Source: Chrysomallon squamiferum
Lineage: Eukaryota; Animalia; Mollusca
Reading direction: 5' to 3'
Length of the DNA stretch: 64,000 nt
Assembly (NCBI GenBank): GCA_012295275.1
Contig: CM022676.1
Coordinates: 124,001 to 188,000 of the forward strand
Shown: positions 26,951 to 39,013 of the stretch, in pieces
Layout of the letters: every line of letters begins with the position of its first letter
How positions within the stretch are numbered: position 1 is the first letter of the stretch
Notes under the pieces: generated by a model
What the model was told of the DNA's origin: nothing
The model's database searches: none
The model's input: the letters and a program-made list of their open reading frames with translations, nothing else
Position numbers and translations under genes: made by a program

Positions 26951-27095
26951 CGAGTAAAGCCCAGCATGTAACAGATGACAGCAGCATCTCTGTCGTCAAA
27001 TTCATTATCACAGACAGTTCCCCATGTCCCGTTGTTTTCTATTTCAAGTCTGCCTCTTGTTGCAATTCCTCCTCCATTGACCAGTCGAACAGAAG
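26951..27095 (-). CDS. SRCR-A N-half exon ([47 protein letters not shown])
   Basis: Canonical motif; 145 nt like 6036-6180; AG/GT borders. Confidence 0.85.
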
Positions 27096-27486
27096 CTGAA
27101 GTCAGTTTAACAAAGGATTAAAATACAAACAATAATTTTTAAATATGTTTATATTACCGTCTGAATTGAGAAAGGTGCATTCTTCCAAGTGTATTTATAG
27201 TTATAACAGACATACATTTATAAATAGTTACATAAATGCATACACACATATATACATTGATGCATACATACATACATACACTTATACACGCATCCATACA
27301 TACCTACATACTTAACCAGTTAGGACATGCCAGAAGAGAACCAGATAGTTTTATCATTTTGTATAATTGTATTTGTTTACAAAAAGGTCCGTGTCCAAAT
27401 TATTTTGTCATTATTAATGTTTACAATTAATTTTGCTATCCTATATGACAGCCATGATGTGACAACATGTTATTCAAAATAAACAT

Positions 27487-27686
27487 NNNNNNNNNNNNNN
27501 NNNNNNNNNNNNNNNNNNNNNNNNNNNNNNNNNNNNNNNNNNNNNNNNNNNNNNNNNNNNNNNNNNNNNNNNNNNNNNNNNNNNNNNNNNNNNNNNNNNN
27601 NNNNNNNNNNNNNNNNNNNNNNNNNNNNNNNNNNNNNNNNNNNNNNNNNNNNNNNNNNNNNNNNNNNNNNNNNNNNNNNNNNNNNN
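27487..27686. other. Assembly gap (200 N)
   Basis: Run of N; unrelated sequence on the two sides. Confidence 0.99.
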
Positions 27687-30600
27687 GTACTGATGTCTAC
27701 ACATGCATGTTCTGCTTTATAATCCATAGATCTCACAGGTGAAGAAGGTGAAAGAGCGCTGCAGGAGAGAGACGTCATCTGAATGGTAAAGAGATGAAGC
27801 CAGGAATGGGTTTTTCATTTTCCTCGGATTTCTGCCATTTCAGTTGGCATGTATCCATTTTAACGTAGACATATTGATGTCTACACATGCACCTTCTGCT
27901 TAAGAATAGTGTAGGCGAAGGACATCACCGAAATGGTAAACAGAAATGCCTGCAGATTTTGTAAAGAACAAGTTAATAAAAAGTGAAAAATAAAATTATT
28001 TGCTTTAGAAAAAGTAATAAAAATCAAATGAAATATATTAATTTTAATAATAGTAATCAAACTAAAATAGTGATAATACTGATGATGACAATCATACAGT
28101 TAACAAGAGCAATAACAATGATGACATCAACATCATCATCATAATTATCAAAGAGAATAATAATAATTATAATGATGATGATAGTAATGACGGTAACACT
28201 AGTAATGATGGAATTAAATTTGTATTTGTTATAATGTTTGTTAAAAGAAATAGAGACAATTCTACGGTTTATTTTCCCAGGACGAGAAGACGAAAACTGA
28301 AGAGAATCTACACATGCACCTTCTGCTTAAGAATGGTGTAGTCGAAGGACATCACCGAAATGGTAAACAGAACTGTCTGTACATTTCGTAAAGAACAAAT
28401 TAATAAAAATTGGAAAAAGAAATATTTGCTTGAAAAAAGTAATTCAAATAAAATGAAAGAAATTAATAGTAATAATATTTGTAAAAATAATATTGATAGT
28501 GATAGTAGTAAATTTAATTAAAAACATCATCACCATCATGAAGCAGAATTTAAGAACAATATGATTAAAACAAGAGTAACACTAGTAGTCATGGAATTCA
28601 TTTTGTGTTTGTTTTAATGTTTGTTAAATGAAATAACGACATTACTACGGTTTGTTTTCTCAGGATGAGAAGAGGAAACCGAAAAGGATGCCGAAGAGAA
28701 GAATCCACACATGCACCATCTGTTTAAGAATGGTGTAGTCGAAGGACATCGCCGAAATGGTAAACAGAAATGCCTGCACATTTTGTAAAGAACAAGTTAC
28801 TAAAAAATGAAAAATAAAATTATTTGCTTTAGAAAAAGTAATAAAAATCAAATGAAATATATTAATTTTAATAATAGTAATCAAACTAAAATAGTGATAA
28901 TACTGATGATGACAATCATACAGTTAACAAGAGCAATAACAATGATGACATCAACATCATCATCATAATTATCAAAGAGAATAATAATAATTATAATGAT
29001 GATGATAGTAATGACGGTAACACTAGTAATGATGGAATTAAATTTGTATTTGTTATAATGTTTGTTAAAAGAAATATAGACAATTCTACGGTTTATTTTC
29101 CCAGGACGAGAAGACGAAAACTGAAGAGAATCTACACATGCACCTTCTGCTTAAGAATGGTGTAGTCGAAGGACATCGCCGAAATGGTAAACAGAAATGC
29201 CTGCACATTTTGTAAAGAACAAGTTACTAAAAAGTGAAAAATAAAAGTATTTGCTTTAGAAAAAGTTATTAAAATAAAATGAAAGAAATTAATTTTAATA
29301 AGAGGAAAATTTTTTACATTAATAATGAAAATAGTAATAGTGATAATACTGATGATGAGAATGATACAGCTATTAACAAGAGAAATAACTATGATGACAT
29401 GAATGTCATCATCGTCACTATCAAAGAGAATAATGAGAATTATTATGATAATGATAGTAATGAGAGTAACACTAGTAAAGATAGAATTAATTTTGTATTT
29501 GTTTTAATGTTAGTTAAAGGAAATAATGACATTTCTACGGTTTGTTTTCTCAGGATGAGAAGACGAAACCGAAGAGGAGAATCTACACATGCACCTTCTG
29601 CTTAAGCATGGTGTAGTCGAACGACATCACCGAAATGGAAAACAGAAATGCCTTCTGGATGAGAAGAGGAAACAGAAGAGGAGAATCTACATATGCACCT
29701 TCTGGTTAAGAATGGTGCAGTCGAAGGACATCATCGAAATGGTAGAAAAAGCATTAAAATAAAATGAAATAAATTAATTTTAATGGGAGTAAAATGTTTA
29801 GAATAAAAATGAAATAGTAATAGTGAGAATACTTATGATGACAATCATACAGTTAACAGAGCAAGAACAACGATGACATCAACGTCAACATCATCATTAT
29901 CAAAGAGAACATTAAGAATTATGATGATGATAGTAATGAAGGTAACACTATTAATGATGGAATTAAATTTGTATTTGTTTTAATGTTTGTGAAATGAAAT
30001 ATAGACATTTTTACGGCTTGTTTTCTCAGGAAGAGAAGAGGAAGCTGAAGAGAAGAATCTACACATGCACCTTCTGCTTAAGAACGGTGTAGTCGAAGGA
30101 CATCACCGAAATGGTAAACAGAAGTGTCTGTACATTTTGTAAAGAACAAATTAATAAAAATTGGAAAAAGAAATATTTGCTTGAAAAAAGTAATTGAAAT
30201 AAAATGACAGAAATTAATAGTAATAATATTAGTAAAAATAATATTCATAGTGATAGAATTGATAATGATGGTACTAAATTTAATTAAAAACATCATCACC
30301 ATCATGAAGCAGAATTTAAGAACAAGATGATTAAAAGAATAAGAGTAATACTAGTAGTCATGGAATTAATTTTTTATTTGTTTTAAAATTTGTTAAATGA
30401 AATAATGACATTTCGACGGTTTGTTTTCTCCAGATGAGAAGAGTAACCCGAAGAGGAGAATCTACACATGCACCTTCTGCCTCAGAATGGTGTAGGCGAA
30501 GGACATCACCTAAATGATAAACAGGAATTCCTTCAGGATTAGAAGAAGAAACAGGACAGGGAAATCTGCACATGCACCTTCTGCTTAAGAATGGTGTAAG

Positions 30601-33170
30601 CGAAGGACATCACCGAAATGGTAGACAGAAATGCTTATAGATTTTGTAAAGAACAAGTTTATCTAAACTGAAAAAAAAAGATATTTGCTTTAAAAAAAGT
30701 AATTAAAATAAAATGAGATAAATTAATTTTAATAATAGTAATAATTTTTACAATAATAATCAAAATTGTAATAGTGATAATACTGATGATGGCAATAATG
30801 AAGTTAGCAAGAGCAATAACAGTGATGACACCAACGTCATCTTCATCATCAGATTGAAGAGATTAGTAAGAATTATCATGATGATGATAGTAATGATGGT
30901 AACACTAATGATGATGGAATTAAGTTTGTATTTGTTTTAAAGTTCGTTAAATGAAATAATAAAATTTCTACGGTTTGTTTTCTGAGGATGAGAAGACGAA
31001 ACTGAAGAGGAGAATCTACACATGCACCTTCTGCTTAAGAATGGTGTAGTGAAAGGACATCACCGAAATGGTAAACAGAAATGCCTGTACATTTTGTAAA
31101 GAACAAATTAATAAAAAGTGAAAAAGAAATATTTGCTTTAAAAAGCTAATTAAAATTAAATGAAAGAAATTAATAGTAATAATATTAATAAAACTAATAT
31201 TGATAGTGATAGTAGTGATTATTAAATTTAAAAACATCACCACGATGAAGGAGAATTTAATAACAATATGATTAAAACAATAAGTGTAATACTAGTAGTC
31301 ATGGAATTAATTTTGTATTTGTTTTAATGTTTGTTATATGAACTTCTGACATTTTTAGATTTGTTTTCACAGGATGAGAAGAGGAAAATGAAGACAGGAA
31401 TACACAGCTGAAATCAGGAATAGGTTTTTAATTTTTTGGGGGTTTGCCGGCATTTGGGTGGGCGTGTATTTATTTTAACGTAGGCATCAGACTCTTAATA
31501 CTGATGTCTACACATGCATGTTCTGCTTTATAATCCATAGATGTCACAGGTGAAGAAGGTGAAAGAGTGCTGCAGGAGAGAGACGTCATCTGAATGGTAA
31601 AGAGATGAAGCCAGGAATGGGTTCTTCATTTTCCTCGGATTTCTGCCATTTCAGTTGGCATGTATCCATTTTAACGTAGACATATTGATGTCTACACATG
31701 CACCTTCTGCTTAAGAATGGTGTAGGCGAAGGACATCACCGAAATGGTAAACAGAAATGCCTGCACATTTTGTAAAGAACAAGTTAATAAAAAGTGAAAA
31801 ATAAAATTATTTGCTTTAGAAAAAGTAATAAAAATCAAATGAAATATATTAATTTTAATAAGAGTAAAAAGTTTTAGATTAATAATGAAAACAGTAATAG
31901 TGATAATACTGATGATGAGAATCATACAGCTATTAACAAGAGAAATAACAATGATGACATGAATGTCATCATCGTCACTATCAATGAGAATAATGAGAAT
32001 TATTATGATAATGATAGTAATGAGAGTAACACTAGTAAAGATAGAATTAATTTTGTATTTGTTTTAATGTTAGTTAAAGGAAATAATGACATTTCTATGG
32101 TTTGTTTTCTCAGGATGAGAAGACGAAACCGAAGAGGAGAATCTACACATGCACCTTCTGCTTAAGCATGGTGTAGTCGAACGACATCACCGAAATGGAA
32201 AACAGAAATGCCTTCTGGATGAGAAGAGGAAACAGAAGAGGAGAATCTACATATGCACCTTCTGTTTAAGAATGGTGCAGTCGAAGGACATCATTAAAAT
32301 GGTAAACAGAAGTGTCTGTACATTTTGTAAAGAACAAATTAATAAAAATTGGAAAAAGAAATATTTGCTTGAAAAAAGTAATTCAAATAAAATTAAAGAA
32401 ATTAATGGTAATAATATTTGTAAAAATAATATTGATAGTGACAGTACTAAATTTAATTAAAAACAACATCACCATCATGAAGCAGAATTTAAGAACAATA
32501 TGATGAAAACAAGAGTGACACTAGTAGGCATGGAATTCATTTTTTGTTTGTTTTAATGTTTGTTAAATGAAATAACGACATTACTACGGTTTGTTTTCTC
32601 AGGAAGAGAAGAGGAATCCGAAGAGGAAACTGAAGAGGAGGCCGATGATGAGAATCCACACATGCACCATCTATTTAAGAATGGTGTAGTCGAAGGATAT
32701 CACGGAAATGGTAAACAGAAATGCCTGTATATTTTGTAAAGAAGAATTTAATAAAAAGTGAAAAATGAAAATATTTGCTTTACAAAAAGTTATAAAAATA
32801 AAATGAAATAAATTAATTTTAATAACAGTAAAATTTTTTACAATAATAATGAAAATAGTAATAGTGATAATACTGATGATTAGAATATTACAGCTATTAA
32901 CAACAGAAATAACAATGATGACATGACTGTCATCGTCGTGAATATCAAAGAGAAGAATGAGAATTATTATGATAATGATAGTAATTAGAGTAACACTAGT
33001 AAATATAGAATTAATTTTGTATTTGTTATGTTTGTTAAATGAAATAGTGATATTTGTATGGTTTGTTTTCTCAGGATGATAAGAGGAAAGTGAAGAATAG
33101 TCTTCAGATGCATCTTTTTCTTCAGAATGCTGCAGTAGAAGGACATTACCTAAATGGTAAATAGAAATGA
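27687..33170 (+). repeat. Tandem array of about 17 exon-like cassettes with AT-rich linkers
   Basis: Core ctacacatgcaccttctgcttaagaatggtgtagtcgaaggacatcaccgaaatg|gtaaac repeats every 100-480 bp; about 10 copies are preceded by ttttctcag. Confidence 0.85.
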
Positions 33171-33434
33171 CTGTAGATTCTGTGAAGAAGAAATTACTAA
33201 AAAGTGAAATATAAAAATAGTTCCTACTGAAAAATTAAATGAAATAAAATTAGAAGTGTTCTGAGTACAGTGTTCTTTCAGATTCCAAAGTAGGACGAAA
33301 CGGTGTCACGGCCAGAAAGTGCATGTGCTCGGAGTATACCTTTGACAATCTCAAGATGCTTCTGCAGTTTTACCTATATGAATCACCGTCCTTCCTTTGA
33401 TGGGAGACTCCATCAATACAACATTCTTCGTAGT

Positions 33435-35011
33435 AAATATATATATATATAGACACACATACAAATACACACAGTCAAACAAACACACACATATACAGAT
33501 AAACATCTGGTACTGAATGCATATAAAATTCTAAAAGAAACAAAATTCAATTAATTAAAAATTCCAAGCAAATTTAACAATAAATAAATATCAGAATATT
33601 AATAAAATACAAAAGAAATAAAAAATTCTGATTTGAAAAACCATTCTATCAAACGACAAAATAAAAAAAATCAGTAAATAAAATAATTTATTGTAAAAAC
33701 AACAAGTTAAGTAGACAGGATAGAATAAATAAATAAATAAACAAATAAGTAAAGTATCAAACTGTATTGTGGAAAATCGATATAATTTTCAGTTTCCTTA
33801 GTGAGTACATCTCACGTTAGTGATCTAAGTCTAATCTATGTTCGTGAAAACATCACTAAAGGGAGATAAATCTAATCGATATAATTCTTACTGTGCTTAG
33901 TGAGTACATCTCAAGTAATAGACATAAATCTAATCTGTGTTTGTGAACACATATCACTAAAGGGAGATAAGTCTAATCCATATAATTTTTACTTTCCTTA
34001 GTGAGTACATCTCAAGTAATGGACCTAACAGTAATCTGTGTTTCTGAACACATATCACTAAAGGGACAGAAATCTAATCGATATAATTTTTACTTTCCTG
34101 AGTGAGTACATCTCAAGTAAGGGACCTAACTCCAATATATGTTTGTGAACACATATCAGTAAAGGGAGGTAAGTCTAATCGATATAATATTTACTTTCCT
34201 TATTGAGTACATCTCACGTAAGGGACCTAACTCTAATCTCTGTTCATGAACACATATCACCATAGGGAGATAAGTCTAATCAATATACTTCTTACTGTGC
34301 TTAGTGAATCCATCTCAAGTAATGGACCTAACTCTAATCTGTGTTTGTGAACACATATAACTTAAGGGAGATAAGTCTAATCCATATAATTTTTACTTTC
34401 CTTAGTGAGTACATCTCACGTACGGGACCTAACTGTAATGTGTGTTAGTGAACACATATCACTAAAGGGAAATAAGTCTAATCCATATAATTTTTACTTT
34501 CCTTAGTGAGTACATCTCACATAACGGACCTAAGTGTAAGCTTTGTTAGTGAACACATATCACTAAAGGGAGAGAAGTCTAATCGATATAATTTTTACTT
34601 TCCTCAGTGAGTACATCTCAAGTACGGGACCTAACTGTAATCTGGGCTGGTGAACACATGTCACTAAAGGGAGATAAGACTAATCCATATAATTTTTACT
34701 TTCCTTAGTGAGTACATCTCACATAACGGACCTAAGTGTAAGGTTTGTTAGTGAACACATATCACTAAAGGGAGAGAAGTCTAATCGATATAATTTTTAC
34801 TTTCCTCAGTGAGTACATCTCAAGTACGGGACCTAACTGTAATCTGGGCTGGTGAACACATATCACTTAAGGGAGATAAGTCTAATCCATATAATTTTTA
34901 CTTTCCTTAGTGAGTACATCTCACGTACGGGACCTAACTGTAATCTGTGTTAGTGAACACATATCACTAAAGGGAGAGAAGTCTAATCGATATCATTTTT
35001 TTGTTTGCTTA

Positions 35012-35051
<40 letters not shown>

Positions 35052-38000
35052 AACATCTCCTACTGAATACATATACAATTGTAAAAGAAACAGAATTGAA
35101 TTAATTAAATATTGCCAGAAAATTTAATAATAAATAAACATCAGAATATTAATAAAATACAAAAGAAATAAAAAATTATGATTTGAAAAACCATTCTATC
35201 AAACGACAAAATAAAAAAATCAGTAAATAAATAATTTATTGTAAAAACAACAAGTTAAGTAGACAGGATAGAATAAATAAATAAGCAAACAAATAAATAA
35301 AGAATTAAACTGTATTGTGAAAAATCGATATAATTGTTGATTTCTTTTGTGAGTACATCTCACTTAATGGACCTAACACTAATCTGTGTTTGTGAACACA
35401 TATCACTAAAGGGAGGTAAGTCTAATCCATATAATTTTTACTTTCCTTAGTGAGTGCATCTCACATAACGGACCTAAGTGTAATGTTTGTTAGGGAACAC
35501 ATATCACTAAAGGGAGATAAGTCTAATCCATATAATTTTTACTTTCCTTAGTGAGTACATCTCACATAACGGACCTAATTCTAATGTTTGTTAGTGAACA
35601 CATATAACTTAAGGGAGATAAGTTTAATCTATATAATTTTTACTTTCCTCAGTGAGTACATCTCACGTACGGGACCTAACTGTAATGTGTGTTAGTGAAC
35701 ACATATCACTAAAGGGAGATAAGTCTAATCCAAATAATTTTTACTTTCCTCAGTGAGTACATCTCACGTACGGGATCTAACTGTAATGTTTGTTAGTGAA
35801 CACATATCACTAAAGGGAGATAAGTCTAATCGATATCATATTTAGTTTCCTTAGGATATATATATATATAGAAACACTTACAAATACACACACTCACACA
35901 CACATATTCAGAGAAACATCTCCTACTGAATACATATACAATTGTAAAAGAAACAGAATTGAATTAATTAAATATTGCCAGAAAATTTAATAATAAATAA
36001 ACATCAGAATATTAATAAAATACGAAAGAAATACAAAATTATGATTTGAAAAACCATTCTATGAAACGACAAAATAAAAAAAAAATCAGTAAATAAAATA
36101 GTTTATTATAAAAAGAACAAGTTAAGTAGACAGGATAGAATAAATAAACAAGTAAACAAATAAATAAAGTATTAAACTGTATTGTGAAAAATCGATATAA
36201 TTGTTGATTTCTTTTGTCAGTACATCTCACGTAATGGACCTAACACTAATCTGTGTTTGTGAACACATATCACTAAAGGGAGATAAGTCTAATCCACATA
36301 ATTTTGTACATTCCTTAGTGAGTACATCTCACATAACGGACCTAAGTGTAAGCTTTGTTAGTGAACACAAATCACTAAAGGGAGAGAAGTCTAATCGATA
36401 TAATTTTTACTTTCCTTAGAGAGTACATCTCACATAACGGACCTAAGTGTAAGCTTTGTTAGTGAACACATATCACTAAAGGGAGAAAAGTCTAATTGAT
36501 ATAATTTTTACTTTCCTCAGTGAGTACATCTCAAGTACGGGACCTAACTGTAATCTGGGCTGGTGAACACATGTCACTAAAGGGAGATAAGTCTAATCCA
36601 TATAATTTTTACTTTCCTTAGTGACTACATCTGACATAACGGACCTAAGTGTAATGTTTGTTAGTGAACACATATCACTAAAGGGAGAGAAGTCTAATCG
36701 ATATAATTTTTACTTTCCTCAGTGAGTACATCTCACGTACGGGACCTAACTGTAATCTGTGTTTGTGAACACATATCACTAAAGGGAGATAAGTCTAATC
36801 TATATTATTTTTACTTTCCTTAGTGAGTACATCTCACATAACGGACCTAAGTGTAATGTTTGTTACCGAACACATATCACTAAAGGGAGAGAAGTCTAAT
36901 CGATATAATTTTTACTTTCCTCAGTGAGTACATCTCAAGTACGGGACCTAACTGTAATCTGGGCTGGTGAACACATGTCACTTAAGGGAGATAAGTCTAA
37001 TCCATATAATTTTTACTTTCCTTAGTGAGTACATCTCACATAACGGGCCTAAGTGTAAGGTTTGTTAGTGAACACATATCACTAAAGGGAGAGAAGTCTA
37101 ATCGATATAATTTTTACTTTCCTCAGTGAGTACATCTCAAGTACGGGACCTAACTGTAATCTGGGCTGGTGAACACATATCACTTAAGGGAGATAAGTCT
37201 AATCCATATAATTTTTACTTTCCTTAGTGAGTACATCTCACGTACGGGACCTGACTGTAATGTGTGTTAGTGAACACATATCACTAAAGGGAGAGAAGTC
37301 TAATCCATATAATTTTTACTTTCCTTAGTGAGTACATCTCACATAACGGACCTAAGTGTAAGGTTTGTTTCTGAACACATGTCACTAAAGGGAGATAAGT
37401 CTAATCCATATAATGTTTACTTTCCTTAGTGAGTACATCTCACATAACGGACCTAAGTGTAAGGTTTGTTTGTGAACACATGTCACTAAAGGGAGATAAG
37501 TCTAATCCATATAATTTTTACTTTCCTTAGTGAGTACATCTCAAGTAAGGGACCTAACTGTAATGTGTGTTTGTGAACACATATCACTAAAGGGAGATAA
37601 GTCTAATCGATATAATTTTTACTTTCCTTAGTGAGTACATCTCACATAACGGACCTAAGTGTAAGCTTTGTTAGTGAACACATATCAGTAAAGGGAGAGA
37701 AGTCTAATCGATATAATTTTTACTTTCCTCAGTGAGTACATCTCAAGTACGGGACCTAACTGTAATCTGGGCTGGTGAACACATGTCACTAAAGGGAGAT
37801 AAGTCTAATCGATATAATTTTTACTTTCCTTAGTGAGTACATCTCACATAACGGACCTAAGTGTAAGGTTTGTTAGTGAACACATATCACTAAAGGGAGA
37901 GAAGTCTAATCGATATAATTTTTACTTTCCTCAGTGAGTACATCTCAAGTACGGGACCTAACTGTAATCTGGGCTGGTGAACACATATCACTTAAGGGAG

Positions 38001-38943
38001 ATAAGTCTAATCCATATAATTTTTACTTTCCTTAGTGAGTACATCTCACGTACGGGACCTGACTGTAATGTGTGTTAGTGAACACATATCACTAAAGGGA
38101 GAGAAGTCTAATTCATATAATTTTTACTTTCCTTAGTGAGTACATCTCACATAACGGACCTAAGTGTAAGGTTTGTTTCTGAACACATGTCACTAAAGGG
38201 AGATAAGTCTAATCCATATAATGTTTACTTTCCTTAGTGAGTACATCTCACATAACGGACCTAAGTGTAAGGTTTGTTTGTGAACACATGTCACTAAAGG
38301 GAGATAAGTCTAATCCATATAATTTTTACTTTCCTTAGTGAGTACATCTCAAGTACGGGACCTATCTGTAATGTGTGTTTGTGAACACATATCACTAAAG
38401 GGAGATAAGTCTAATCGATATAATTTTTACTTTCCTTAGTGAGTACATCTCACATAACGGACCTAAGTGTAAGCTTTGTTAGTGAACACATATCAGTAAA
38501 GGGAGAGAAGTCTAATCGATATAATTTTTACTTTCCTCAGTGAGTACATCTCAAGTACGGGACCTAACTGTAATCTGGGCTGGTGAACACATGTCACTAA
38601 AGGGAGATAAGTCTAATCGATATAATTTTTACTTTCCTTAGTGAGTACATCTCGCATAACGGACCTAAGTGTAAGCTTTCTTAGTGAACACATATCACTA
38701 AAGGGAGAGAAGTCTAATTGATATAATTTTTACTTTCCTCAGTGAGTACATCTCAAGTACGGGACCTAACTGTAATCTGGGCTGGTGAACACATATCACT
38801 TAAGGGAGATAAGTCTAATCCATATAATTTTTACTTTCCTTAGTGAGTACATCTCACGTACGGGACCTGACTGTAATGTGTGTTAGTGAACACATATCAC
38901 TAAAGGTAGAGAAGTCTAATCGATATCATTTTTAGTTTGCTTA

Positions 38944-39013
<70 letters not shown>

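Larger units (their letters stand above)
22998..27095 (-). pseudogene. Convergent paralogue: SRCR-SRCR-(Ig relic)-truncated FN3; pseudogene or truncated/secreted form; 5' end not seen (gap)
   Basis: Exons 27095-26951, 26279-26104, 25209-25065, 24025-23856, 23210-22998. Introns align to the + gene (about 6.0-7.3 kb and 9.8-10.4 kb). Conserved residues are lost (Cys>Ser in LDSKG, Trp>Leu in GTLGTIC), the donor at 26103 is GC, and the Ig/FN3-1/FN3-2 block is deleted. Confidence 0.75.

Noticed and set aside
27467-27778. ORFs containing poly-X
   Set aside because: Artefacts of the N gap.
28280-32300. CxxC zinc-finger reading (RIYTCTFCLRMV) of the cassette core
   Set aside because: Most copies have TAG in this frame and there is no second metal-ligand pair; the alternative acidic/His frame is better preserved.
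27687-33170. CRISPR-like repeat/spacer reading of the cassette array
   Set aside because: The core is too long (55-85 bp), and the linkers are 30-400 bp and themselves repeated.
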